This document shows, one piece after another, positions 6,792-16,067 of a DNA stretch of 22,140 nt. The DNA is taken from contig CAYVAH010000012.1 of the NCBI GenBank assembly GCA_964449215.1, positions 1-22,140 of the forward strand, given 5' to 3'. A program made the translations under genes and the position numbers. The notes beneath the pieces were generated by a model. It made no database searches. It had not been told where the DNA came from and was given only the letters and a program-made list of their open reading frames with translations. Origin of the DNA: Candidatus Undinarchaeota archaeon. Its GTDB lineage: Archaea > SpSt-1190. Position 1 is the stretch's first letter. Each line of letters begins with the position of its first letter.

Positions 6792-7379
6792 TTACGGGCT
6801 TAAAATGTAACTTGGGATTTCGTCCATTGTTTCCCATTCTTCAATCTTCCCGTCCCCGTTGATGACAACGCGGTAATATTTTCCCTCGCCGTCCTTCAAG
6901 TAGATGGCCCAGTGCTTGAACTCCTTTTTGCTCGCCACGAGCTTGGTCCTTTTGCCCGTGACCTTTTTTATGTGCTCTTTGGCAATCTTCTCGGCCTTGT
7001 CAACGTCAAGACCGAACCTGACCCGTTCGATGTATTTCCTCCTCTCCTCCTCGATCCCGAGCATCCTTTCCTTTTTCCAGGTTTTGTAGAGCTGGTCCAG
7101 TATTATTCCCACCGCCCCAGCGACCAGCAATGCTGTCCCGACCCGGACATAGAGCTGGGTCCATGTCTGGAAAGGTGCCAGGAAAGGAATGCGGCTGGAG
7201 AGGAACACAACAAGCAGGAGTATGGCACCGACAATTGTGAGGAGCAGCGACACCCCGAACAGCCCCTTTTGCCAGAACCACCTGCCGCTTTTTCTCAGCC
7301 GGACGCTGAGCCACAGCAAAATCAGGAAACCCAGCAGGGCGACAAGGACCGTTTCAATCGCGACCACAACATTCCCCAC
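6792..7379 (-). CDS. Hypothetical membrane protein, 3 TM plus a possible PepSY-like C-terminal domain
   Basis: Three hydrophobic helices, then DKAEKIAKEH...WAIYL...YYRVVINGDGKI. Confidence 0.8.
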   Translation of the reverse strand: MGNVVVAIETVLVALLGFLILLWLSVRLRKSGRWFWQKGLFGVSLLLTIVGAILLLVVFLSSRIPFLAPFQTWTQLYVRVGTALLVAGAVGIILDQLYKTWKKERMLGIEEERRKYIERVRFGLDVDKAEKIAKEHIKKVTGKRTKLVASKKEFKHWAIYLKDGEGKYYRVVINGDGKIEEWETMDEIPSYILSP

Positions 7380-7414
7380 CGCTTGAGGATTTAAACATTT
7401 ACCTGCCTGCCGGC

Positions 7415-8209
7415 TTACCTGCGACCGAAGAGGCTGAGAATCCTTGAAAGCAACCCCCGCGGTGGCGGCTCCCAGCTGACTTCCCCTATGGCTGCCGCAA
7501 CTTCCATTATACCTTCGACTCCCGGGCTTCCAGGGCTGGAAATAACAGCCGGCACACCATACCCGAGTGAACGGCGGATTTTCTCGTCCTCCGGGACGAC
7601 CCCCAGGAGTGGCACACCCTTGAGGAAGCTCTGCACCTCCTCCGGGTGGAGTTCGTAGTCAAACCCCCTGTAGAAGTTCAGCACTATCCCACCAATTTCG
7701 GCCTTTCTCCTTTTGAGCAGGTCCTGGGTCCGCTTCGCCTCCATCATGCCTGATACGGCAGGTGTGCCCACGATTATGCATTCGTCCATCGCTTTGATTA
7801 TCCCTGCCGTTTCCTTTCCGAGCCAGGGAGGTGTGTCCACGAGAATGAAGTCATAGTCGTTTTTGAGCGGTTTTATGAACTTTTTGAAGTTCTTGAATGT
7901 GGAAGTCTGCTGATCCGGATGGAAAGGCCCCGGGATAATGGACACGCCTGTCCTCGGGTCCTTGTAAACCGTTTTTTCAGGGGGTAGCTTCCCGCTCAGC
8001 ATGTCCTTTATGTGGACGGGGGGGTTCAGCAGGCCGAAGTGGCTGGAAAGGTCGGCTCCGAGTATGTGCGTGTCAACCAGAAGGACCTCGAAGTCGAACT
8101 CGTGCTTCAGCGTGGCCCCGACATTGGCTGTCATGGTGGTCTTCCCGACCCCACCTTTGGTCGAGAAGAACCCCAGTATGTCCCCCACAGCATAAGGAGA
8201 ATCGGTCAT
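7415..8209 (-). CDS. minD: MinD/ParA family ATPase
   Basis: Deviant Walker A KGGVGKT, YDFILVDTPP, C-terminal amphipathic GLLSRILSLFGRR. Confidence 0.85.
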   Translation of the reverse strand: MTDSPYAVGDILGFFSTKGGVGKTTMTANVGATLKHEFDFEVLLVDTHILGADLSSHFGLLNPPVHIKDMLSGKLPPEKTVYKDPRTGVSIIPGPFHPDQQTSTFKNFKKFIKPLKNDYDFILVDTPPWLGKETAGIIKAMDECIIVGTPAVSGMMEAKRTQDLLKRRKAEIGGIVLNFYRGFDYELHPEEVQSFLKGVPLLGVVPEDEKIRRSLGYGVPAVISSPGSPGVEGIMEVAAAIGEVSWEPPPRGLLSRILSLFGRR

Positions 8210-8222
8210 TTAAAATAACTGC

Positions 8223-9773
8223 TCAATTCCTGCTCAATGCCGCCTTGACAAGCCCGAGGAACAGGGGATGCGGTTTCAGGGGCCGGCTTTTGAATTCAGG
8301 GTGGAACTGCACGCCGATAAAGAACTGTCCCGGTATTTCCAGCACTTCTATTGTTTCATCGCAGGGTGCGATTCCTGTGAACTTCATCCCCTTTGCCTCC
8401 AGTGCCTCCCTGTATCTGGGGTTCAGTCCATAGCGGTGGCGGTGTCTCTCTGACACACGGGTGGAACCGTAGAGCTTTGCTGCCAGGCTACCCTTTTCGA
8501 GCACCACTTCAATTGCTCCGAGTCGCATGGTCCCCCCGAGAACGTCCTGTCGGGCTTCCCAGTGGGGAACAATTACAGGTTCCTTGGTGTTGGGTTCAAA
8601 CTCCGTGCTGTTGGCTTCCAGTCCGAGCTCGGTTCGTGCGAACTCCACCACGGCCAGCTGGAAACCCAGGCAAAGCCCGAGCCATGGGAGCTTGTGCTTG
8701 CGGGCCCAGTTTATTGCCCGGATTTTCCCTTCAGTCCCCCTCTCGCCGAAACCCCCCGGCGTTATCATGGCATCCAGTCCCTGCAGTTCCTTCTCTTTGA
8801 AGTTCTCGGAGTCTATCCACACTACCCTTACGTTTGCCCCCGCCGCGGCCCCGGCGTGCACCAGAGCCTGTGTGATGCTGAGGTAGGTGTCTCCGCGCGA
8901 GTATTTTCCAACTATCCCCACATGGATCTCCTTGCCCTTTCCGAGCGACTCCACAAATCTCTTCCAGGCTGTGAGCTCCGGTTCCTTCACGTCCAGTCCC
9001 AGCTTTCTCTGGATTATCCGGTGTATGCCCTCCTTGGCGAGGTGCAGTGGCAGCTTGTAGGTGCTGTCCAGCGTGGGGTTGCTTATCACTGCCCCCTCCT
9101 CGACATCGCAGAACAGGGCTATCTTGCGCTTTGTTTTCTCGGTCAGAAGCTTGTCGCATCTTCCCACCACAATATCCGGCACTATGCCCATGCCCCGCAG
9201 GGCTATGACGCTGTGCTGTGTGGGCTTGGTCTTCTGGTCAATCCCAAGCAGGGGAATGTAGGTGAGGTGAACATTCACAAGTTTCTCCTCATTTTTTAGC
9301 TGCCGCAGGGCTTCCAGGAAAGTCATGCCCTCAATATCGCCGACGGTTCCACCGACCTCAACTATCAGGATGTCCCTCCCTTTTGCCAGTCCCCGCAACG
9401 TTTCCTTTATCTCGTTGGTTATGTGCGGCACAATCTGGACGGTCTTGCCAAGGAAACTGCCCTTGCGCTCCTTTTCAATCACGGAGGAGAATATCTTTCC
9501 GGTTGTGAGATTGTGGTCCTTTGTCAGCCCGTTGTCGAGGAAACGCTCATAGTGCCCGAAGTCAAGGTCGGTTTCCCCACCGTCGTCCAGCACAAACACC
9601 TCCCCGTGCTCGAACGGGCTCAGGGTGCCGGGGTCCACATTCAGGTAGGGGTCTATCTTGACGACAGTCACGTTGTAACCGCATGACTTGAGTATGCGCC
9701 CGATGCTTGCGGACAGAATGCCTTTGCCGATTCCGCTCATGACCCCGCCGGTAATGACAATGTATCGTGGCAT
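8223..9773 (-). CDS. pyrG: CTP synthase
   Basis: ITGGVMSGIGKG, KIDPYLNVDPGT, KTKPTQHS, GLCLG, ERHRHRY, QFHPEF. Confidence 0.99.
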   Translation of the reverse strand: MPRYIVITGGVMSGIGKGILSASIGRILKSCGYNVTVVKIDPYLNVDPGTLSPFEHGEVFVLDDGGETDLDFGHYERFLDNGLTKDHNLTTGKIFSSVIEKERKGSFLGKTVQIVPHITNEIKETLRGLAKGRDILIVEVGGTVGDIEGMTFLEALRQLKNEEKLVNVHLTYIPLLGIDQKTKPTQHSVIALRGMGIVPDIVVGRCDKLLTEKTKRKIALFCDVEEGAVISNPTLDSTYKLPLHLAKEGIHRIIQRKLGLDVKEPELTAWKRFVESLGKGKEIHVGIVGKYSRGDTYLSITQALVHAGAAAGANVRVVWIDSENFKEKELQGLDAMITPGGFGERGTEGKIRAINWARKHKLPWLGLCLGFQLAVVEFARTELGLEANSTEFEPNTKEPVIVPHWEARQDVLGGTMRLGAIEVVLEKGSLAAKLYGSTRVSERHRHRYGLNPRYREALEAKGMKFTGIAPCDETIEVLEIPGQFFIGVQFHPEFKSRPLKPHPLFLGLVKAALSRN

Positions 9774-9796
9774 TTACAAATGAGCCTGGGAAAGAT

Positions 9797-11053
9797 TTAT
9801 GCTTTAAGGTATTTTTTGAGCAACTCGCAGGGTTCCCTCTCCGGGCACACACCTGTCTTGCACTTCGGTCCTATCAGCTCCCCGACCCCGGGCAGTTTTT
9901 CATTTATTTGCCTTGCCAGCTCATAGACCATGGCTCGAATCTCATAGTCCGCTGTGGAGCACATGCGGACACCAAAGAAACCGAAGGGGTGGAGCAGGTG
10001 GTAGCCATTGAGTGTGATGGAGAACCTCAGTTTCACGGAATGCGGCACCAGATAAACGGCCTCCTCCACGCCGACTTTCCCGGCATATTTCTCGAATCCC
10101 TCCAGAGCTGTGGCGACCGCCTGCAGGTAGTCCTCGCCTGCCAGCGGCGGGATGTGAATCCACCTTGGGCGCTCTCCCTTCCCCAGGGAATTCAGCTCGT
10201 CGAAGGCCCTGTCGGCTGCCCTGTAAATGGATTCCGCCTTCTGCAGCACGGTCCGGTGTCGCTTGACTTCGTTCCACATCGCTATGGAACCGGAAACCAC
10301 GGCACGCACATTTACGAGGTCTATCACTTCTTCAGAGAGCTCGAACCAGTCTCCCTGATGCAGCTCCTTGATGCGGGATCTGGCTTCCAGACCTTCACGC
10401 TCCTTCCATTTCTTTATGTGAAATATGTTGGGATGATGATAGAAGAGTGAAGGCCTGCCTGCTGCTGCCTCATGGAGGATGGGTGACTTTTCCTTCAGGT
10501 GGTTCCTCATCTTTTTGGCTATCAGGTTGATCTCTGCAGGGACGTGGTCCCCTCCCATGTGCAGGAGCTCCTCGGCGGAGTATTTGAAAAACCCGTGGGA
10601 ACGGAACCCTATGGGAAGGACCTTTCTTGCCTGATCCTTGGACTTGCCCCACATCTCATGGTAGAGCCTCAGGGAGGGTAGCACATGCTTTATGGCATTT
10701 TCTGGGAGTTCATCAGACAGCACGAGGTCCTCCTCCCCAATCTCTATTCTCCGGGAGCTGAATATGAGGTATGAGCCGAAGGGGAAGCTGCTGAAGTAGA
10801 GGTCCACCAGACGGCTTCCGCCAACTTCAAAGAAAAACACAGGTGTGGTTGTCAGGGAAGCATGCCCCCTCCTTGTGGACTCCCTGTGAATGGCCCTCAC
10901 CTTTTTCTTTTTCAGCTTGCCAGCCTTGTCCCGTATCGAGCCTTTTTTGAATACCAGCAGGCTTGTGGCGGCTACCAGCTCGTCGATTCCCAGCTTGCCG
11001 TCCCTGGGACCATAGTCAACCAGCCGGAGCTCGAGAGCCTCGCTAACCTTCAT
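9797..11053 (-). CDS. thyX: FAD-dependent thymidylate synthase, two-domain form
   Basis: N half has RGHAS and ARKVLP. C half has RHRTVLQKAES (RHRx7S), AVYLVP, RMCSTADYEIR and a Cys-rich tail. Overlaps the glyA stop. Confidence 0.8.
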   Translation of the reverse strand: MKVSEALELRLVDYGPRDGKLGIDELVAATSLLVFKKGSIRDKAGKLKKKKVRAIHRESTRRGHASLTTTPVFFFEVGGSRLVDLYFSSFPFGSYLIFSSRRIEIGEEDLVLSDELPENAIKHVLPSLRLYHEMWGKSKDQARKVLPIGFRSHGFFKYSAEELLHMGGDHVPAEINLIAKKMRNHLKEKSPILHEAAAGRPSLFYHHPNIFHIKKWKEREGLEARSRIKELHQGDWFELSEEVIDLVNVRAVVSGSIAMWNEVKRHRTVLQKAESIYRAADRAFDELNSLGKGERPRWIHIPPLAGEDYLQAVATALEGFEKYAGKVGVEEAVYLVPHSVKLRFSITLNGYHLLHPFGFFGVRMCSTADYEIRAMVYELARQINEKLPGVGELIGPKCKTGVCPEREPCELLKKYLKA

Positions 11054-12299
11054 TCGACCACTCCCATGTGTAGTGGATCTGCTGGAACTCCTTCCGGAGG
11101 GCTATTACATCCTTCTTGACCTTCTGGGGCTCCTCACCCTTCAGCACCACACGGGCAATAAGTTCCGCTATCTCCTCCATCTCGTCCCTCTTCATCCCGA
11201 ACCGTGTCATCTCCTGCACTCCAATGCGGAGACCGCTCGGGTTTTCCACCGCCCCCGGGTCGTCCCACGGCAGGAGGTTTTTGTTCAGTATTATGTTGGC
11301 TTTTTCGAGTTTTCTCGCCGGTTCTTTTCCACCCCCTTGCTTGCGCATGTCCACCACCACTTGATGGCTTTCTGTGAACCCGCGCTCCTCCGCCACGACA
11401 TCAAAACCCAGGTCATAGAGTGATTCCGCCAGCCGCTTTGCATTCCGCAGCACCTGGCGCGAGTAGGCGCGCCCGAACTCCCGCATCTCATAAAAGGCCA
11501 CAAGCAGGGCAGGGATCCTGTGCAGGTGGTGGTTACTGAGTATTCTCGGGAATATTGCCTGCTCGACCCTTTCCCAGCCCTCCCCGTCCCGGCTTATGAT
11601 GATTCCCCCCTGTGGTCCGGGAAATGTCTTGTGCGTGGATGAGGTGATGAGGTCTGCTCCTTCCCTGAAGGGCTTCTGAAATTCCCCTGAAAAGATGAGC
11701 CCGAACACATGAGCGGCATCATAGATGAGGGGGCAGCCCACGTTTTTGCAGGTTTCTGCGATCCCTTCAATCTCGAGGGGGAACGGAATGAGCGAAGCGC
11801 CCACCACCGCCAGCCTCGGTTTGGCGCATTCTATCAGCTTGCTTGCCAGGTCCACGTCTATGCGCCACTCCTCAGCGTCAAAGGGCAGTTCCATGGTATT
11901 GAGCCCCAGTATCCCCCCGGCCACTCCCCCTTTGGTGTGGCTTGAATGCGCGCCGCACGGCACTGAGAGGCTTGCCAGGAGATGCCCCCGCTTTGTGAAT
12001 GCCCTCATCGCGGCCATATTGGCTATTGCCCCTGATATCGGGCGGACATCAGCCTTTTTTCCCCCCAGTGCCCTGGCGAACTCCCTGTTCGCGAGCTCTT
12101 CCAGCTCATCTATCACCCGGGTCCCCTGGTAACCGCGCTGGTAGGGGAGACCCTCAGCATACCTGTGGGAAAAATCACTCTTGTATGCCATATCTACCCA
12201 GGAACTGGTCACATTTTCACTGGCTATCAGGTTTATGCACTCCCGCCTCCACTTGTTTTGCTCAGCCACCTTCTCAAAAACAAAATCCCGTCCCGACAT
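11043..12299 (-). CDS. glyA: Serine hydroxymethyltransferase, archaeal type
   Basis: INLIASEN, RYAEG, YDAAHVFGLI, SSTHKTFPGPQGG (PLP lysine), PSGLRIG. Confidence 0.98.
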   Translation of the reverse strand: MSGRDFVFEKVAEQNKWRRECINLIASENVTSSWVDMAYKSDFSHRYAEGLPYQRGYQGTRVIDELEELANREFARALGGKKADVRPISGAIANMAAMRAFTKRGHLLASLSVPCGAHSSHTKGGVAGGILGLNTMELPFDAEEWRIDVDLASKLIECAKPRLAVVGASLIPFPLEIEGIAETCKNVGCPLIYDAAHVFGLIFSGEFQKPFREGADLITSSTHKTFPGPQGGIIISRDGEGWERVEQAIFPRILSNHHLHRIPALLVAFYEMREFGRAYSRQVLRNAKRLAESLYDLGFDVVAEERGFTESHQVVVDMRKQGGGKEPARKLEKANIILNKNLLPWDDPGAVENPSGLRIGVQEMTRFGMKRDEMEEIAELIARVVLKGEEPQKVKKDVIALRKEFQQIHYTWEWSNEG

Positions 12300-12380
12300 G
12301 GGAGTTGCAACGCCGGGGTATTAAATAGAAATCTGCACTACAATAGCTTTTTTAACCCCGTGGCGGGATAATCCCATGGA

Positions 12381-12455
12381 AGCGGGGTAGGGCAGTCTGG
12401 AGTGCCCGCCGGGCTCATAACCCGGAGGTCGGAGGTTCAAATCCTTCCCCCGCTA
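12381..12455 (+). tRNA. Initiator tRNA-Met(CAT)
   Basis: AGCGGGG...CCCCGCTA gives A1:U72. Anticodon stem CCGGG/CCCGG with three G:C pairs, anticodon CAT. Confidence 0.97.
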
Positions 12456-12465
12456 TGGTGCTCCC

Positions 12466-13503
12466 ATGAAGTTCGTCCGCGACCCCGTTCACGGGGAGAT
12501 TTCAATCCCGGATGGGTTCCTGCCCATTGTTGACCACCCCCTCTTCCAGAGATTGCGGGGTATAAAGCAGCTGGGAATAACCTACCTTGTTTATCCCGGA
12601 GCCACCCACAGCCGATTTTCACACTGTCTCGGCGCCTTCCACATAGCGAAGAGCTTCGGTGACGAGAGAATAATGCTTTACGCCCTGGTGCATGATGTGG
12701 GGCATGCTCCCCTTTCGCATGTGGTGGAATCCGCCTTGAAGAAGGTGAGGGTGAGCTTTGACCATGACGACTACCTTCGCAAGTATCTGAAGGAACTTCT
12801 TTCCGGCACCACCTTCACACTGCAGGACCTCCGTAAGGCCCGGAGGAAGGCCGCTCTTGTGGATGGTGACCTCGGTGTGGACCGCATGGACTATCTCATC
12901 CGTGACAGCTATTACACCGGTGTGACCGCCGGGAACATTCCCTGGCAGAGACTTGTGAGGCTGATGAAGGTGAAGGGCGGCAAGACCATAATTGACCCGA
13001 AGGTCGTGGAGTCCGTGGAGCATTTTTTCATAGCGAGGTTCATCATGGGTTCGACTGTTTACATGCACAAGACCGTGCTTATAGCCCAGGGGATGTTCCA
13101 GAAGGCACTCAAACACCTGCTGAAGGATATGAGCTACAAGGAAATTGTGGAGATGGATGATGCGGGTCTGGTGGCGGCACTCCGTTCAAACGAGAAGGCC
13201 AGGGAGATGTGGGGTAAAATAGAGTCTCGCAACCTCTACAAGCTTGTCAGGAAGTACGGATCGGAGAAGGAGGCCAAGGAGGACTACCGAAAGCTTGTTG
13301 ACCAGCTGGGCGAGGATGCGGTGGTGATGGGCAAGCGCGGGAAGTGGTACAAGCCCATAAGGGTGTCCCTGGAAACGGGAGAGCGTCTGCAGCGCGTCTC
13401 CCCGCTGGTCAGCTCGCTGATGAAGTCCGACCGCAAAAAGGAATATCACTTCGTGGCCGTGGACCGCTCCCAGTTCCGGAAGGCCAGCAAGCTTCTGAAG
13501 TAA
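12466..13503 (+). CDS. HD-domain phosphohydrolase (dNTP triphosphohydrolase-like, COG1078 type)
   Basis: DPVHG, FQRLRGIKQLG, YPGATHSRFSH, HDVGHAPLSH, VDRMDYLIRD, VYMHK. Confidence 0.93.
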   Translation: MKFVRDPVHGEISIPDGFLPIVDHPLFQRLRGIKQLGITYLVYPGATHSRFSHCLGAFHIAKSFGDERIMLYALVHDVGHAPLSHVVESALKKVRVSFDHDDYLRKYLKELLSGTTFTLQDLRKARRKAALVDGDLGVDRMDYLIRDSYYTGVTAGNIPWQRLVRLMKVKGGKTIIDPKVVESVEHFFIARFIMGSTVYMHKTVLIAQGMFQKALKHLLKDMSYKEIVEMDDAGLVAALRSNEKAREMWGKIESRNLYKLVRKYGSEKEAKEDYRKLVDQLGEDAVVMGKRGKWYKPIRVSLETGERLQRVSPLVSSLMKSDRKKEYHFVAVDRSQFRKASKLLK

Positions 13504-13552
13504 TAATTACTCCTCGAGAGGAGCAGAGGAAGGGTAAAAGCAACTCTGTGGA

Positions 13553-14302
13553 TTATACGGCCAATAACAGCTTCAAGCCCTCCATTATCAGGACCCCCAC
13601 CAGGAAAAGCAGGAAGTTGTTCAGCGGTGCCCTGTGGTGGAGTTCCGGGAGCAGGTCAACCGCGGCTATGTAGATGAAACCGCCTGCCGCCAGTGCTATC
13701 AAGAAGGGCTTGTATGCCGCGCCCAGGAAATATCCTGCCAGACCACCGAGCAGGCAGGTTGCCTGGCTCAGGAATGTCCACAGGGTGGCGCTTGTTCTTG
13801 AAAAGCCACCGTGTATGAGGACGGCGAAGTTCCCTATCTCCTGTGGCACCTCATGCGCTATTATTGCCAGGGTGGTGGTCCACCCCAGTGCCGCGTCAAC
13901 AAGAAAGGCCGAGGCTATTACGAGTCCATCCACCACATTGTGCAGGGCATCGCCAATTACCACGAGCCATCCCACGGAGTGCTTGTCACACTTCAGGTTG
14001 TGGCAGTGCTTCCAGCTGAGCAGCCTTTCGGACAGGAAGAAGCCCAGAAAACCCACAACGGCCAGCTCGCCCGCCGCCGCAGTCAGCTCCATGGCCTCAG
14101 GCAGCAGGTGCAGGAAGGCTCCACCTATCATGGCACCCGCGGCGAATGCCACCAGATAGTCCACAATCCGCTGGAGTTTTTCCTGGCTGAATGGCAGTGA
14201 AAACACCCCAACAAGCCCAACGAGGCTGTCCACAACAGTGGCCAGCAATATGTTGCCGAGCACCCCTTGATTTGTCGTGGTAGCTAAAAAGCCTGTCGGC
14301 AC
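13553..14302 (-). CDS. ZIP family metal (zinc) transporter
   Basis: AFLHLLPEA, GDALHNVVDG, IIAHEVPQEIG, FIYIAAVDLLPELH. The true start may be a few codons downstream. Confidence 0.95.
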   Translation of the reverse strand: MPTGFLATTTNQGVLGNILLATVVDSLVGLVGVFSLPFSQEKLQRIVDYLVAFAAGAMIGGAFLHLLPEAMELTAAAGELAVVGFLGFFLSERLLSWKHCHNLKCDKHSVGWLVVIGDALHNVVDGLVIASAFLVDAALGWTTTLAIIAHEVPQEIGNFAVLIHGGFSRTSATLWTFLSQATCLLGGLAGYFLGAAYKPFLIALAAGGFIYIAAVDLLPELHHRAPLNNFLLFLVGVLIMEGLKLLLAV

Positions 14303-14331
14303 GTTTTTATACTCCCTTGTCTCCCCGTTCC

Positions 14332-14832
14332 ATGAAATGGCTCGTTGCTTTGCTGGTTATGGGTGCGGCCTTCGCCACTTCTGTGAGGGTTCTGGACACT
14401 GAGCTGGGATATGTCGATGTTTCCGGTGTGAAGCTGGCGGGGGAGGTCTATGAGCTGGAAACGCTGTCCCCTGTGATCAAGGCTGTTGCGACCCGGGAGT
14501 TTGTGGCGGAGAACTATTCTGTGAGGGTCAATCCACGCAACATTGAGCGCCTTGCCATTGAGATGGGTTTCCCGCTCTCGGGGGACCTCGGTGTGGTAGT
14601 CCACCCCGGGAAGGTGGAGCAGACCGCTGAGCTTCCTGAGATTGCATGCGGGAATTACCGCATTGATGGTGAGGCTTACTACACCGTGAACGGCACTCTG
14701 AAAAGGTTTCAGGACACCGTCCACGTCCGGCTTCCGTGCAGGGATTTGAAGTCGCGGATTGTGTTCGGTCTCCTGTCTAGGCTTCCGTACCCAGTTCTGC
14801 GGGCAATTGCGGGATGGTTCGGCTTCCTGTAA
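14332..14832 (+). CDS. Secreted hypothetical protein
   Basis: Signal peptide MKWLVALLVMGAAFA, with a TTTTTATA box about 25 nt upstream of ATG 14332. Confidence 0.75.
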   Translation: MKWLVALLVMGAAFATSVRVLDTELGYVDVSGVKLAGEVYELETLSPVIKAVATREFVAENYSVRVNPRNIERLAIEMGFPLSGDLGVVVHPGKVEQTAELPEIACGNYRIDGEAYYTVNGTLKRFQDTVHVRLPCRDLKSRIVFGLLSRLPYPVLRAIAGWFGFL

Positions 14833-16036
14833 CCTCCCCGTTTTTCACTTCTTTTCTGAAGTGCCTGTAAAACAGAAATGTTGAGGCGAAGAGCAGGAGT
14901 CCTGCCACGAAGGAGGTCATGAAGCCAACATTCTCAACCACGAAGCCGCTCACGGCACTGGTTATGGAATAGACCAGCAGGCGCAGGGAGAGCTGGGTGC
15001 CGTATATCTCCTCACCGAGCTTCAGGCCGGAATACTCGAAGAATATCATGATGAAGCCCCATGCCAGCCCCTCCAGGAAGTAGAACAGCAGGAGCAGGGG
15101 GAAGTCGTGTAACCTCGCAGAGGCCAGAAGTGCAAAATAGGCAAGCACTCTGAATGGATACCCGTAGAGATATGCCTTGTGCCTGGCCCTCCCGGCCAGT
15201 CTGTTGAGGGCGGCACTTGTGGAAGCATCTATGAAATAGCACAGGTAAATGAGGTTCGGGGCGTTGAAGACCTGCTTGAGGAAGGTTGGGATCTGCGGAA
15301 AGGTCAGGCCGGATGAGAGGGCAAAGACCGCCCCGAACAGGTAGAGAGACAGTGCCCGTCGATCCACTTTTAGCTTCGGTACAGCGACCTTTTGCAGGCC
15401 ACCCGTGTGGAGGACCCACATCCCGAACCTCTCGAATTCTTTGAGTCCGTTCACCACACCCCCTCCGACGCTCGACCTCACAGCTATTGTGACCAGTGGA
15501 AGTGAAAACAGGGTAAGGCTGGCAAGCAGGAGAACAAGCTGGCGGAGTGTCAGCAGTTCAACCCCAAAGAACCCGAGGACAAGTCCCAGGGCCCACGCCG
15601 CACCGCTTATCTGTTCCAGCCTTCCAAGTGCCCTCCCAAGGCTCCCCTTTCTCCGCTTTAATTCAGCCAGGACTGCAAAATATGAGGCCTGGGGGAAAAA
15701 GGCAAGGACAAAAACTGCCAGGTATAGCACCTCCGGAACCATGAGGAGTGACAGCCCGGAAAAGAGTCCCAGGTAACCCAGAATCACGAGGTATTTCCGG
15801 TTTGTTACGGGAGCGAACTTGCTCCACACCAGGGGCCCAAGAAAGAGCCCCATGAGGTGAATGGAACTGACCAGTCCCACCTCAACCGCGCCTTTCCCCA
15901 TCGACAGAATCAGCAGCGGGGGCAGGAAACTGTATGCGGCAAATATCAGCTTGTAGGGTATCAGGCTCAGCAGTTCGTTCACAACTATCAGCCGGGCTCC
16001 TACAAATATGCTTTTTGTCACCGTTAGGGACAACAA
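14777..16036 (-). CDS. MFS transporter
   Basis: About 12 hydrophobic helices in two halves, with a loop motif GPLVWSKFAPVTNRK. Likely start GTG 15982. Confidence 0.8.
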   Translation of the reverse strand: MLSLTVTKSIFVGARLIVVNELLSLIPYKLIFAAYSFLPPLLILSMGKGAVEVGLVSSIHLMGLFLGPLVWSKFAPVTNRKYLVILGYLGLFSGLSLLMVPEVLYLAVFVLAFFPQASYFAVLAELKRRKGSLGRALGRLEQISGAAWALGLVLGFFGVELLTLRQLVLLLASLTLFSLPLVTIAVRSSVGGGVVNGLKEFERFGMWVLHTGGLQKVAVPKLKVDRRALSLYLFGAVFALSSGLTFPQIPTFLKQVFNAPNLIYLCYFIDASTSAALNRLAGRARHKAYLYGYPFRVLAYFALLASARLHDFPLLLLFYFLEGLAWGFIMIFFEYSGLKLGEEIYGTQLSLRLLVYSITSAVSGFVVENVGFMTSFVAGLLLFASTFLFYRHFRKEVKNGEVTGSRTIPQLPAELGTEA

Positions 16037-16042
16037 AGAAAA

Positions 16043-16067
16043 ATAAATTCACACCCGATGGAGTTCC
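16043..16067 (+). promoter_or_regulatory. Promoter-like ATAAATTC-N12-GTTCC before ATG
   Basis: Same motif and spacing at 16803-16827. Confidence 0.5.

Larger units (their letters stand above)
4022..6842. mobile_element. Putative integrase-less genomic island (2821-bp repeat offset)
   Basis: Bounded by the direct repeat above. Contains exported and membrane protein genes plus gene remnants. No recombinase visible. Confidence 0.6.

Noticed and set aside
3971..6842. Diversity-generating retroelement TR/VR pair
   Set aside because: The repeat is only 51 bp, differences are mostly synonymous and not confined to adenines of one copy, and there is no reverse transcriptase.
14777..14832. 56-bp convergent overlap of the MFS gene and the secreted protein gene
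   Set aside because: Most simply a stop-codon shift giving a short tail. Such overlaps are common in compact genomes.
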